A stretch of DNA of 64,000 bases from Gemmatimonadaceae bacterium (GCA_046589725.1 JBKJUW010000030.1:92-64091); one strand, 5' to 3'. Positions 26,799-36,755 are shown, counted from the stretch's first letter. Translations and numbers: made by a program. The notes: generated from the sequence alone by a model not told the origin.

Positions 26799-27182
26799 TC
26801 AGCTCCCGCCGAACCCGCGAACGCCGCCGATGCCTCCGAAGCCGCCGCGCACGACCGTTGTTCGCCCGGCCGATGCACCTGCCGGATGCGGCGAATAGGC
26901 CGACGTCCCCAGTGACCGCACCCTGCCGCCCGAGCCCACGTAGCCGGAGTAGCCGTTGTGGTAATACAGAAACGGCATCGCGTAGGCGTGATGATACCAC
27001 GCCCCGCCGTAGTAGTAGCCCTGATGCTGCGTGGCGTAGAGACACGCCGCTTCGTTGTAGACCTGCGGCAGGCACGGGTCCACGCCGGACACAGTGGCCG
27101 GGCCGTTGTTGCAGCCGACGAGCGCCGCCAGCGCCGGAACCATGGCGAGCGGAACGGCGGACGAACGCTTGATGGAGGTCAT
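26799..27182 (-). CDS. DUF1190 (YgiB-like) lipoprotein
   Basis: ATG at 27182 gives MTSIKRSSAVPLAMVPALAALVGCNNG (lipobox). The C-terminal TTVVRGGFGG matches the TVTRGGFG motif of E. coli YgiB as I recall it. It sits upstream of a YgiC-like gene, as in E. coli. Confidence 0.7.
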   Translation of the reverse strand: MTSIKRSSAVPLAMVPALAALVGCNNGPATVSGVDPCLPQVYNEAACLYATQHQGYYYGGAWYHHAYAMPFLYYHNGYSGYVGSGGRVRSLGTSAYSPHPAGASAGRTTVVRGGFGGIGGVRGFGGS

Positions 27183-27316
27183 CTCGAGGGTGGGAAGCGT
27201 GCCGAGGCACTGACTGCGAGCTCGGATTAAGCATACCCTACGAAGCGAATCTTCAGAAGGTGACAGCGGGCCATGGCGTTGCCGCCACCGCCTATCGTCT
27301 CGCTCTGAGGGAGTCG

Positions 27317-27850
27317 CTAGACGGAGCGCGCCACTTCGCGAATCTGGTCCGTGTGTCGAGCCTCGTGTCCCGCGAGAAAGAGCAACCACTGATAGACGTT
27401 GAGCGTGCCCAGTCGCGGGTGCGAAGCCTCGACGGAACCGAGCGCAAGTCCGTCGGCGGCCGTGATCGCGTTCCGCAAACCGGAGCGCCGGTCCGTGAGC
27501 ACCTTCAGGCCGTCCTCGGTAGAAAGGCCCGCGCGCGGCCGCGACGCTTCACTCGCGATGATCGGATTGCTCCGGCTGATCACGCCAGCGACATCGAGCA
27601 TCGGCGCAACTGGCGTCGACTCGGTCTCCGCGGGAAGACCGGCGTGGCGAGCGGCGTCGAGCTTCTCGGAGAGCAGGTTGGCAATGCGCGTCTCGACCAG
27701 GCCAAGATGCTCGATGACTTCGGCGACGGACCAACGCTCGTCCGACGGCCGCACGTTGTGCTTGTCGCTGGGAATGCCGGCGATCGCCTTGGTCAACGAG
27801 TCGCGGGTGTCGTCGAGTGCGGTGAGCACTTCCTGGATACGTGGATGCAT
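27317..27850 (-). CDS. DinB-family protein
   Basis: ATG at 27850. WSVAEVIEHLGLVETRI and the C-terminal LLFLAGHEARHTDQIREV supply the conserved His positions of the DinB four-helix bundle. Confidence 0.75.
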   Translation of the reverse strand: MHPRIQEVLTALDDTRDSLTKAIAGIPSDKHNVRPSDERWSVAEVIEHLGLVETRIANLLSEKLDAARHAGLPAETESTPVAPMLDVAGVISRSNPIIASEASRPRAGLSTEDGLKVLTDRRSGLRNAITAADGLALGSVEASHPRLGTLNVYQWLLFLAGHEARHTDQIREVARSV

Positions 27851-27875
27851 GCTTTGAATCAGGAGCGTGAATGGG

Positions 27876-28556
27876 TCAGTGAACGAGGCGATAACGTACG
27901 ACCACGGACGTGACGATAGCGGCGTCAGGCACTGGGGACTGCTGCCCGAACCGGCCATCGAAGTTCAATGTCGGCGGTTGTTGGAACGATGGCCCGGCTG
28001 AAGTACTCGCGTCAACGAGCGCGCCGATATGCCCGCCCAGCGCCTGCGCCATCGCTTCGGCGTCAACGCGGGCGGATGCGATGGCCTCGGCGAGCCGGAC
28101 GCGGCGTATCGAATCGGCGTTCGACGTTTCGAACGCCACCGTGGACGTTGATGCGGCACCGGCGGCGATCGCGGTAGCGATCACCTTCGCGAGTTGATCG
28201 ACACGCGTGAGCTGAACCCGGATCACGGAGCGCGCAGTGTTGGTGGCCGGGGACTGTGGTGCTGGATAGCCGTTCTGCGATTGCGTCGCGCCGACGGTGT
28301 AGTTGATGGGCGTATCCACTTCCACCCGAGTTCCGGAGTTCCTGAGTGCGTCCACTACGGCCTTCAACTTCGTGTCGACGCGGCTGACCGCGTCGAGTGC
28401 GGTTTCAGCCACGCCCTCGACGACCACATAAAACGAGGCGCGATCCGCTACTACCCGCGTCGTCCGGTTGGTCGATACAGTGATGGTGCTGTCACGGCTT
28501 ACCTGTGCGTGCAGCGACAGCGGGAACACAACGAGCAATCCTAAACGAAGGCGCAT
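27876..28556 (-). CDS. SIMPL-domain (DUF541) periplasmic protein
   Basis: 226 aa with the signal peptide MRLRLGLLVVFPLSLHAQ, then ITVSTNRTTRVVADRASFYVVVEG....A...V..KLKAVVDAL, typical of SIMPL/26-kDa periplasmic proteins. Confidence 0.7.
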   Translation of the reverse strand: MRLRLGLLVVFPLSLHAQVSRDSTITVSTNRTTRVVADRASFYVVVEGVAETALDAVSRVDTKLKAVVDALRNSGTRVEVDTPINYTVGATQSQNGYPAPQSPATNTARSVIRVQLTRVDQLAKVIATAIAAGAASTSTVAFETSNADSIRRVRLAEAIASARVDAEAMAQALGGHIGALVDASTSAGPSFQQPPTLNFDGRFGQQSPVPDAAIVTSVVVRYRLVH

Positions 28557-28664
28557 GAACGGTCCGGTTCGGGAAACTGCGTGTCAGCTGCGCAGGAGTT
28601 TACGTGGCGCGCGCCTGTTCCCGACAGGGTCCCGCACGCTTGAGAGATTCCAGGGGCATAGTCA

Positions 28665-29894
28665 TCACCGCCTCACACCGAAGAGTGAGAGGTCGATCGC
28701 CTCGCCCATCGCCTTGTAGCCTGCATCGCGGGGGTGGAGGTGGTCGCCGGAATCGAACGCCGGCAGGAACTGGAGTGGATTGGACGGATCGCGCGTGATC
28801 ACATCGAAATCGATGACGCCATCGAATTCACCGCTCGTCCTGACGAAGACATTCACGGCAGCGCGTCGCGCCTCGTGCGCCGGCGTGAACGACGGCCGCG
28901 GACCCGCGGGCGTGAGTGTCGCGCCGATGATCCGCACGCCGCGCTCGTGGGCGCGCATGATGAGCTGTCGATAACCAAAGATGATGTCGTCCGCCGTCAC
29001 GCCATCGCGCGCACTCGCGCCGATGTCGTTGATGCCCTCGAGGAGGATCACGTGCGTGAGGCCAGGCGTCGCGAGGACGTCACGATCAAAACGCGCGAGC
29101 GCGCTGGGACCGGCGCCGAACGTCAGCACTCGGCCGCCTGAGATACCGGAGTTCACCACGGCGATTGGTGCTTCTCCGACGCTGAGCCGTGCCGCCAGGA
29201 CGTTTGGCCACCGCGTGTTGGCGTCGCGCGATGACAGGGCGCCGTCCGTGATCGAGTTTCCGATCGTCGACACCACGCCGACGGCAGCGCGGTTGGTGAC
29301 GTCGACGCCCACGAGAAATGGCCACACGAACAGCGTGGTATCGGGCGTGAACGTGCGCGCGCCACTCATGTCGCCGCGTCCGACGTAGTTGGTCTGCAGC
29401 GCGAGTTGATGACGTGTCACGATCCGCGCCGAGTCGGCGAGGTGGAGGCTGATGGCGAGGTCACGGAGCGCTGGCACCTGGAGCGCCACAGGGTCGCTGA
29501 ACGCCACACCACCCGGATTCAGCCTCAGGCCTGACCGTCCGCCGAACGTCAGGGTGCGGTCCGTCGATGCGTCGATCGCCGCGCCGGACTCACGGACGGC
29601 GACGTGCGCCGCGCCAATCACGAGTGGGCGGTCGCCGTATTCGTTCGAGAGGCGGATCCGCACGTTATCGCCGCCGATCGACGTACGAACGATGAGTCGC
29701 AGCGTCTGGTTCACGAGCGTCGGCGTGCGGTCGATCGAGTCGCGTGGGGGGCGCCGAGGGCCCTCGGACGCGCTGGCGGTCCAGGTCGCGAGCCAGCGCG
29801 GAGAGGCAGGTTGTGGCGCCGGCGAAACGGGATGGGCGCAGGCGCCGACAATGGCGAGGAGGGCGATCGAGCTTCGCTTCATGGGAGACCTCAC
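28665..29894 (-). CDS. SGNH/GDSL-family hydrolase, secreted
   Basis: Signal/lipobox-like N-terminus. Block I TIGNSITDG, block III LLEGINDIG, and block V DHLHP. Confidence 0.8.
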   Translation of the reverse strand: MRSPMKRSSIALLAIVGACAHPVSPAPQPASPRWLATWTASASEGPRRPPRDSIDRTPTLVNQTLRLIVRTSIGGDNVRIRLSNEYGDRPLVIGAAHVAVRESGAAIDASTDRTLTFGGRSGLRLNPGGVAFSDPVALQVPALRDLAISLHLADSARIVTRHQLALQTNYVGRGDMSGARTFTPDTTLFVWPFLVGVDVTNRAAVGVVSTIGNSITDGALSSRDANTRWPNVLAARLSVGEAPIAVVNSGISGGRVLTFGAGPSALARFDRDVLATPGLTHVILLEGINDIGASARDGVTADDIIFGYRQLIMRAHERGVRIIGATLTPAGPRPSFTPAHEARRAAVNVFVRTSGEFDGVIDFDVITRDPSNPLQFLPAFDSGDHLHPRDAGYKAMGEAIDLSLFGVRR

Positions 29895-29956
29895 GGCACA
29901 CGATCCTGTGGAGTACGATTGGGGCTCAACTTACGGCGGTCCGCCGGGGAGCACCA

Positions 29957-30916
29957 ATGTGGATGCGCGCTCGGTTCACGGTTGCTGCGGTCGCGCTGGC
30001 CGCGCTTCAGCTCCCGTTCGGAAAGTGGAAGCGGGTGAGCGACACCCCGGTCCTGGCGCCGTTCGGCACCGGCTTCGCGGCGAAGGGCGTGTTCAATCCG
30101 ACGGTCGTGAAGCGCGGCGCTGAGTACGTCATGCTCTTCCGCGCGCAGGACGCCGCGGGCACCTCCCGGCTCGGCTACGCAAGTAGTACTGACGGCGTGC
30201 ACTTCACGCCGCGCCCCGAGCCGGTGCTGTCGCCCGAGGCCTCATACGAGAAGAACGGTGGCGTGGAAGATCCGCGCCTCGTGCAGATCGGTGACACGTA
30301 CTACCTGACGTACACCGGTTACAACACCGTCGACGCGCAACTCTGTCTTGCGACGTCCAAAGACCTCGTGCACTGGGACCGGAAGGGCGTGATCATGCCC
30401 GCGAAGCAGGGCCGATGGAACACCGGGTGGACCAAGTCCGGCGCGATCCTGCCGGAGAAGGTGAACGGGAAGTACTGGATGTACTACATGGCCGACGCGA
30501 ATGGGACACCCGACCAGACAGGCATCGCCTATTCGGACGACCTGTTGCACTGGACCGAGGCGCTCGATCATCCCGTGCTGCGGCGCCGCGCAGGACGATT
30601 CGATTCGCGCGTTACTGAGCCAGGTCCCGCGCCCATCATGACGAAGGACGGCATCTGGCTCGTCTACAACGGGGCCGACGACAAGCTCGTGTATCGAACG
30701 GGATGGGCGCTGTTCGACCGCCATGATCCCACGAAGCTGCTGCGCCGATCGGATCAACCTGTGTTCAGGCCGGAGCGCTCGTGGGAGCGCGTTGGGCAGG
30801 TGCCGAACGTCGTGTTCGTGGAGGGGATGGTGCGCGACGGCAATCGCTGGCTTTTCTACTACGGCGGCGCGGACAGGACGGTCGGTGTCGCCTCAGCTCC
30901 GGTGACGGTACGGTGA
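29957..30916 (+). CDS. glycoside hydrolase family 130-like (DUF377) beta-propeller glycosidase/phosphorylase
   Basis: ATG at 29957. GVFNPTVVKRGAEYVMLFRA, GVEDPRLVQIGDTYYLTYTGY, GAILPEKVNGKYWMYY and FYYGGADRTVGVA are typical of GH130/DUF377. Confidence 0.75.
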   Translation: MWMRARFTVAAVALAALQLPFGKWKRVSDTPVLAPFGTGFAAKGVFNPTVVKRGAEYVMLFRAQDAAGTSRLGYASSTDGVHFTPRPEPVLSPEASYEKNGGVEDPRLVQIGDTYYLTYTGYNTVDAQLCLATSKDLVHWDRKGVIMPAKQGRWNTGWTKSGAILPEKVNGKYWMYYMADANGTPDQTGIAYSDDLLHWTEALDHPVLRRRAGRFDSRVTEPGPAPIMTKDGIWLVYNGADDKLVYRTGWALFDRHDPTKLLRRSDQPVFRPERSWERVGQVPNVVFVEGMVRDGNRWLFYYGGADRTVGVASAPVTVR

Positions 30917-30923
30917 TCGCACC

Positions 30924-31766
30924 ATGTCGTCCCATGAACGGAGTGGTCTCATGATCGCGTTCCTCGCGCTCCTGGCGGCGATGTCGCTTCCGCTTAGCGA
31001 TCCTGTAGGCGAGACGAAGGTGGTGGGGTTCGAGTACGCGTTCCGCGTACCAGCGGAACTGCCGGCCGGCCCGCGGGCATTTCGATTCGAGAATCGCGGC
31101 AAGGTGCGGCATGAGCTGAACATCTCCCTGCTGCGTCCGGGGGTCACGATTCAGCAGTTCATTGCGGCCGCGAATGACGCGAAGCCGTTGGCGCCTTACA
31201 TCGACGTCCCGGTGGGCGTGCTGTTCGCCGAGGCTGGAAAGTCATCACCTTCCGCGCTGTCTACTGACCTTCGTGCCGGCCGCACGTACGCGATCATCTG
31301 CATTTTCAGGGATAGTGCTGGCAAGCCCCGCCATCACAAGCTCGGCATGTACTCGGCGATTCATGTCGCCGGAACCGAGGCGCCGAGCGCCGAGCGGTTC
31401 CCCGTGGATACGATCGTCGCCATGGACTATGCGTTTCGATATTCCTCCACGCTCGGCGCAGGTGTTCACCGCTTTGCGTTGGTGAACGCCGGGAAGCAGC
31501 GGCATGAGGTGGTCATCGCACTGCTGAAGAAGGGCGTGTCGCTGCGGAAGATCGTGGAGATCGACAAGGTCGACGGGGACATCGAGCCATACCTGGAGAG
31601 CAATTTTGGTCTTCTCCATGCGCCAGGGAGCGTCAGCCCCGCTGGCATTTTGAGTTTCCGGTTGCTTCCAGGTCGCGAGTACCTGCTCGAGTGCGGCTTC
31701 TCCGACACGGAGAAATCACCGCCGCACTACAAGCTCGGCATGTACGGGTCCATCATCGTCCGTTGA
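30924..31766 (+). CDS. secreted protein with two tandem cupredoxin-like domains
   Basis: Signal-like N-terminus and an internal duplication (about residues 30-150 and 160-280). Each half has N.GK.RHE and C-x10-H-x4-M (IICIFRDSAGKPRHHKLGMY and ECGFSDTEKSPPHYKLGMY). Confidence 0.55.
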   Translation: MSSHERSGLMIAFLALLAAMSLPLSDPVGETKVVGFEYAFRVPAELPAGPRAFRFENRGKVRHELNISLLRPGVTIQQFIAAANDAKPLAPYIDVPVGVLFAEAGKSSPSALSTDLRAGRTYAIICIFRDSAGKPRHHKLGMYSAIHVAGTEAPSAERFPVDTIVAMDYAFRYSSTLGAGVHRFALVNAGKQRHEVVIALLKKGVSLRKIVEIDKVDGDIEPYLESNFGLLHAPGSVSPAGILSFRLLPGREYLLECGFSDTEKSPPHYKLGMYGSIIVR

Positions 31767-31862
31767 TGCGGACAACGGCCGATCACGCCTGGTCGGCCCC
31801 GGCCGAGATCGAAACGGCGGACGCAGGAATGCGCAGGCTTCCCAACGCAGACGGACGCTGCA

Positions 31863-31926
31863 ACAGCGCAAAACGGCCCGCATGAAGACAGAACATCATT
31901 TGCTGTTGCAGCGTCCTCTGCGTTGC
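31863..31926. other. 15-bp perfect-stem hairpin between convergent genes
   Basis: GGACGCTGCAACAGC (31863-31877) and GCTGTTGCAGCGTCC (31912-31926) with a 34-nt loop. No T-tract follows on either strand. Confidence 0.5.
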
Positions 31927-32011
31927 CGTCAGGCCTGCGCCATTCTGCGTCCGCTTTATTTCGCGCACACCACCACTCATTGATCGCGTGTCCGCTTTCA
32001 AGCGCGCCCGA

Positions 32012-32719
32012 TCAGGCAACGACCGGATCAAGCACCTTCCCGTCGAACAGGGACACCTCGCGATCCGCATGCTGCGCGTAGCGTGAGTCGTGCGTCACCA
32101 TGCACACCGTGCTGCCGTTCGCATTGAGCTCGCGGAGCAACTCCATCACGGCCTCGCCGTTCTTGGAGTCCAGATTTCCAGTGGGCTCGTCGGCGAGCAG
32201 GATGGCCGGATCGCCCGCCACCGCGCGCGCAACCGCAACGCGCTGCTGCTGACCGCCGCTCAACTGCGCGGGGTAGTGCTTGGCGCGATGCGACATGCCT
32301 ACGCGCTCGAGCGCCGCGGCCACGCGATCCTTTCGCTCGGACGCCGGCATGTCGCGATAGGTCAGCGGAAGCTCGACGTTGTCGAAGACGGAGAGGTCCC
32401 CGATCAGGTTGAACGCCTGGAAGATGAAGCCGATCTGGCGATTGCGAACGCGCGCGCGCTCCGTCGGCGTCAGCCGCGCGACGCTCTCGCCGGCGAGCGT
32501 ATATTCGCCCGTCGTCGGCGAATCGAGCAGGCCGAGGATGGACAGGAGCGTCGTCTTGCCGCAGCCCGATGGGCCGCTGATGGCGACGTACTCACCTTTC
32601 GCGATCTCGAAGTGCACGTCAGATAACGCATGGGTCTCCACGTCGTCGGTGTAGAAGACCTTCTTGATGGAGCGCATGCTGATGAGTGCACCGCCGTCGC
32701 CGTTCGAAGCCATCGTCAT
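32012..32719 (-). CDS. ABC transporter ATP-binding protein (MacB/LolD-type)
   Basis: ATG at 32719 (GGGAGA upstream). Walker A GPSGCGKTT, signature LSGGQQQR, Walker B ILLADEPTGNLD. Confidence 0.9.
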   Translation of the reverse strand: MTMASNGDGGALISMRSIKKVFYTDDVETHALSDVHFEIAKGEYVAISGPSGCGKTTLLSILGLLDSPTTGEYTLAGESVARLTPTERARVRNRQIGFIFQAFNLIGDLSVFDNVELPLTYRDMPASERKDRVAAALERVGMSHRAKHYPAQLSGGQQQRVAVARAVAGDPAILLADEPTGNLDSKNGEAVMELLRELNANGSTVCMVTHDSRYAQHADREVSLFDGKVLDPVVA

Positions 32720-32738
32720 TCTCCCGTGATCTCCAGAG

Positions 32739-33983
32739 TTACTTGATGCGTACGCGAGCTGCATTGGCGTACTGCGACATGTCCGACACGATGATCTTGT
32801 CCCCGACCTCGAGCCCGCGCGTGATCTCGATGACGTTCACCGAGCTGCGGCCGAGCTCCACCGGCACTCGCGTCGCAGTCTTTCCGTCCGCCGACACCTT
32901 GAAGAGCGACGCCGAGCCCGACCCCGCACTGAACGCTGGGCGTCCGGTGTAGAGCACGTTGTTCAGCTTCTCGATGACGATGGTCCCGTCGACGCTGAGA
33001 TCCGGCACCGCCCCATTCGGGAGCTTGCCGTCGAGCGCAACGTCGATCGTCACGCTGCCACCCTGCGCGGAGGGGTCCTTTCGTATGACATGCCCGGCCA
33101 CGAATCCGTTGCGGGTATCGACACTCGCCTTCTGGCCGATGGTCACGTCCTTCGCCTGACTCTCAGGGATTCGCAGCACGGCCTTGAGCTGGCCGGGCTG
33201 CACCACCTTCGCGAGGGTCGTTCCCTCCGGCACCCACTGGCCAAGCTGGAGTGTGAGGTCCTGAAGGACACCACCTTCGGGCGCACGCACGTGGAGCGAC
33301 TGCAGCCGGTTCTGTTGATTGACGGCAATCGCCTTGAGCTGCTCCACCTGGCTTGCTTGCGTCGCGATCTGCGACCCAATGGCCTCCTCCATCAATTTCA
33401 GCCGCTCCTGCTCGACCCGAAGACGCGTCGTGAACTCGTCACGCTGCGCACGCCTGGTCTGCACTTCGAACTCCGACATCAGCTTCCGCTTGGCAAGCGA
33501 ATCCGCCGCCGCGGCTTCCTGCACCGCACTGACATACTGCGTGCGCGTGTTCGCGACGACTCCCTGCTGCGTAAGCAGCTGGCTCCGAAGCGTCGTCTTG
33601 AGGTTCAGCAGCTCGATCTGCGCCTGACGGACCTGCTGCTCGGCCTGCATGGTCTGTATCTGGAGATCAGGATTGCTGAGCTCGAGCAGCAGCTCACCGG
33701 CCCCGACATTCTTGCCCGATTCCGACGCAAGCCGCTCCACGCGTGCACTGGTCTGCGCCGTGATCCAGCGGATGTGCTCCGGTACGAGCGTGCCGGGCCC
33801 ACGCACTTCGCGCACGACGTCGCCCTTCCGAACGCTGTCGATGAGCACCGCGGAACGTTCGATGGTCTGCGACGCGGGGTCGAGACTCATCGTCCATGCC
33901 GTGATCGCGACAAGCACGACAACGCCCCCGCTGATGAGCAGGTTGCGACGCGTCCTGGTTGGTGCGGTGCGGGCAATATCCAT
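32739..33983 (-). CDS. efflux periplasmic adaptor (HlyD/MacA-type membrane fusion protein)
   Basis: 414 aa with an N-terminal TM helix, a long coiled-coil hairpin (QAEQQVRQAQIELLNLK...RLKLMEEAIGSQIATQASQVEQLK), and beta-barrel segments. Confidence 0.8.
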   Translation of the reverse strand: MDIARTAPTRTRRNLLISGGVVVLVAITAWTMSLDPASQTIERSAVLIDSVRKGDVVREVRGPGTLVPEHIRWITAQTSARVERLASESGKNVGAGELLLELSNPDLQIQTMQAEQQVRQAQIELLNLKTTLRSQLLTQQGVVANTRTQYVSAVQEAAAADSLAKRKLMSEFEVQTRRAQRDEFTTRLRVEQERLKLMEEAIGSQIATQASQVEQLKAIAVNQQNRLQSLHVRAPEGGVLQDLTLQLGQWVPEGTTLAKVVQPGQLKAVLRIPESQAKDVTIGQKASVDTRNGFVAGHVIRKDPSAQGGSVTIDVALDGKLPNGAVPDLSVDGTIVIEKLNNVLYTGRPAFSAGSGSASLFKVSADGKTATRVPVELGRSSVNVIEITRGLEVGDKIIVSDMSQYANAARVRIK

Positions 33984-33994
33984 TAAGACTGGAA

Positions 33995-34016
33995 GGACAG
34001 TCGGACAGTCGGACGG
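33995..34016. repeat. tandem octamer GGACAGTC x2.7
   Basis: GGACAGTCGGACAGTCGGACGG between the adaptor start and the permease stop. Its complement GACTGTCC resembles the GACTGTCG/GACTGTCA units at 24723-24743. Confidence 0.6.
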
Positions 34017-34100
34017 TTAACAGGACAGCGGAACTGCAGAACAACACAACAAGTGCTTACCCGTGGCGAATGGCGAAACGCTGAATCGCTGCCTTTCCCG

Positions 34101-36593
34101 TCAGTCATACCGAAGGGCGTTCATCGGATCGACCATCGCCGCACGGCGAGCGGGAATGAAACCCGCCGCGAGAGCGACGCAAGCCAGCAATACCACGGCA
34201 ATCGCCACCGCTGTGGGGTCCTGACCCTGGAGCTCGTACAGCATCGACCGCGCAGCGCGGCCGAGCCCGAGCGACGCCGCGATGCCGATGGCGCCGCCAA
34301 TGAGCAGCATCACAAAGACCTGACGCATCACCAGCTTGCGCACGTTGGCACCATCTGCTCCGAGGGCCATGCGGACGCCGATTTCGCGGGTGCGCTGGGC
34401 GACCGAGTACGACAGGACTCCATACAGTCCGATGCCGGCCAGCAGCGTGGCGAGCAGCGCAAAGGCACTCGAAAGAATCGAGATCATGCGATCAAGAAAG
34501 ACGTTTTCCTTCACCTGCTGCGTCATGGTCTTGAGCTCCTCCACCGGCAGGCTCGGGTCGATGCGTTTCATCGTCGCGCGCAGGGTGCCGAGAATCTGCT
34601 CGGGAGGCAGCGCCGACTTCACGTAGAAGAACATGCTGCGGGTCCGCGCATCCTGCCGCCATGGCCGGTAGAACACCGGCGGCACGGAATCCTTCACCTG
34701 GCTGTATTTGACGTTCCGCACGAGTCCGACGATCTGGACGTTCAACGAGTCGTTTTCGTCGTCGCCGATGAACTTGCCCACGACCTCATTACCCATCTTG
34801 AACTTCTTCGCGAACTCCTCATTGACGATGGCAGTCCGCTGCGCGCCGAGCTGGTCGGCGGACGTGAACTCGCGGCCGGCGATGAGCTGCACGCCGAAGG
34901 TCCTGAAGTAGTCGGCGCCAATCTCGTTGTACCGTGCGTTGCAATCCGTGTCGGGGCTGCAGGTGAAGCCCTGCACGTGGACGTTGCTGCCCCAGTTATT
35001 GCCGCTCAGCAGCGGAACGAGTCCGTCGGTGACGCCGGTGACGCCGGGAACGGCGGCGAGCTCCTGCTCGACACGATTGAAGAGCACCGCGCTCCGCGCG
35101 CTGTCGTAGCCCGTCCGCTGGGGCACGATCTGGAACGTGGCGATCTGGTCGATCTTCACACCGAGATCCACTCGGCTGATGTTCATGAGGCTCTTGAGGA
35201 AGAGCGCCGACATGATCAGCAGCCCCATGGACAACGCGATCTGCGCGGTCACGAGCCCGGCGCGGAAGCGCGCGGCTGAGCGCCCGCCGGCGATCTGGCC
35301 CGCGCCGGCGCGAATGGCGCCGATGAGGTCACTGCGCGTGCTGTGCATCGCCGGGAAGAGCCCGAAGATGATGCCGGTCGCAATGCTCAACACCGCTGAG
35401 AAGAGGATCACCGACCTGCTGATGCTGAATACGATCGTGTCGGCCGCTGCCGGGGGAAGCAGCGCGCTGATGACACCGAGCGTCCACTGCGCCACGAGCA
35501 GCGACGCAACGCCGCCGACGAGCGCCAGCATCACGCTTTCGGTCAGCAGCTGGGCCACGAGGTTCTGGCGCGTTGCGCCGAGGGCAAGACGGACGCCCAT
35601 CTCCGTTGCGCGACTGGCGCCGCGAGCGAGCAGCAGGTTGGCGATGTTGGCGCAGGCGATGAGGAGCACCACGCCCGTCACCGAGAACAGCAGCAGGATC
35701 GGTGTCTTCGCTTCCTTGTTGATGCCGCTCTGGCCCCGGCTGCCCGGTGCAAGGACGAGCTTCTTGTTCTTGAAGCCCTCCATTGTCTTGTCGCTCATGC
35801 CTTTCTGGAGCGGCGCCTCGACGTCGGTGACGATCGGGCGATAGACGGCATTGGCGGCGGGCGCGGCGCTCTCGATGGTCATGCCGGGCTTGAGTCGGGC
35901 AAAGAGATACACCCAGTAGTTGCGCCGCTCTTCCCACTTGATGAAGCCCTCGAGCTCACCGCGCATCGAGATCGGGAGAAAGAGCAGGAGTCGGCTGCCC
36001 ACGGTCGTTCCATCGAACTTCTCCGGCGCTACGCCGACGATCGTGTACGACTTGCCGTTCACGATGATCGGCTGGCCGATCACCCTGGGATCCTTGCCGA
36101 ACTTGTCCTCCCAGAACCGGTAGCTGATGACTGTGACGAAGTTGGCGCCGATGATCTTGTCGTCGTCTGGCGTGAGCAACCGCCCGGCTGCGGCGTTCAG
36201 GCCGAGCACCGGGAAGTACGACCCGCTGACCATGGCCACTTCGCCGGTGAGCGGCTCGTTGCGCACGGCCATGGACACGCTGGTGATCCGATGCGCGGCG
36301 ACGGCGGTGAATGGCCCCGGTGCCTTCTCGAGGTCGCGGAACATGGCGTAGCTGAAGACCTCGTTGCACTGGCCGCTCTGGTTGCACGAGTTCGACCCCG
36401 GCATGGGTCCCGGCGCCGAGAGGTTCACGAGCCGGCTCGGCTCGTTCACGGCGAGCGGATGAAGGAGCAGCTGGTCGAACATCGAGAAGATCGCCGCGTT
36501 GGCGCCGATGCCGAGTGCCAGGGAGAGCACGGCGATGGCGGTAACGAATGGCGTCTTGAGCAGCATCCGAGCGGCCAGCTTGATGTTTCGCAT
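34101..36593 (-). CDS. duplicated FtsX-domain ABC permease (ADOP / MacB-like)
   Basis: The MRNIKLAARMLLKTPFVTAIAVLSLALGIGANAAIFS N-terminus is typical of ADOP permeases. There are two MacB-PCD plus FtsX modules over about 830 aa. The start at 36593 is chosen from internal Met codons of ORF 34101..36704. Confidence 0.85.
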   Translation of the reverse strand: MRNIKLAARMLLKTPFVTAIAVLSLALGIGANAAIFSMFDQLLLHPLAVNEPSRLVNLSAPGPMPGSNSCNQSGQCNEVFSYAMFRDLEKAPGPFTAVAAHRITSVSMAVRNEPLTGEVAMVSGSYFPVLGLNAAAGRLLTPDDDKIIGANFVTVISYRFWEDKFGKDPRVIGQPIIVNGKSYTIVGVAPEKFDGTTVGSRLLLFLPISMRGELEGFIKWEERRNYWVYLFARLKPGMTIESAAPAANAVYRPIVTDVEAPLQKGMSDKTMEGFKNKKLVLAPGSRGQSGINKEAKTPILLLFSVTGVVLLIACANIANLLLARGASRATEMGVRLALGATRQNLVAQLLTESVMLALVGGVASLLVAQWTLGVISALLPPAAADTIVFSISRSVILFSAVLSIATGIIFGLFPAMHSTRSDLIGAIRAGAGQIAGGRSAARFRAGLVTAQIALSMGLLIMSALFLKSLMNISRVDLGVKIDQIATFQIVPQRTGYDSARSAVLFNRVEQELAAVPGVTGVTDGLVPLLSGNNWGSNVHVQGFTCSPDTDCNARYNEIGADYFRTFGVQLIAGREFTSADQLGAQRTAIVNEEFAKKFKMGNEVVGKFIGDDENDSLNVQIVGLVRNVKYSQVKDSVPPVFYRPWRQDARTRSMFFYVKSALPPEQILGTLRATMKRIDPSLPVEELKTMTQQVKENVFLDRMISILSSAFALLATLLAGIGLYGVLSYSVAQRTREIGVRMALGADGANVRKLVMRQVFVMLLIGGAIGIAASLGLGRAARSMLYELQGQDPTAVAIAVVLLACVALAAGFIPARRAAMVDPMNALRYD

Positions 36594-36755
36594 CGGCGGG
36601 GCGGTGGGAGCCATCACGGGCAGAGGGACTGCCCTTGGACAACACGAACGGCCCGGGGGTTCGGGCTCTCTCCCGCTACGGGGGTGCGCCACGGGATGTT
36701 TCATATAGCAGGACAGCCGAGAAAGAGCTGAGAGAACGCCGCCGCTTGTGCAAAA

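Noticed and set aside
25931-27172. 413-aa plus-strand ORF
   Set aside because: It is antisense to the YgiC-like and YgiB-like genes and has Arg/Leu-rich low-complexity translation.
31863-31926. Intrinsic terminator call for the 15-bp hairpin
   Set aside because: The stem is strong, but the 34-nt loop is long and no U-tract follows on either strand. It is kept only as a hairpin.
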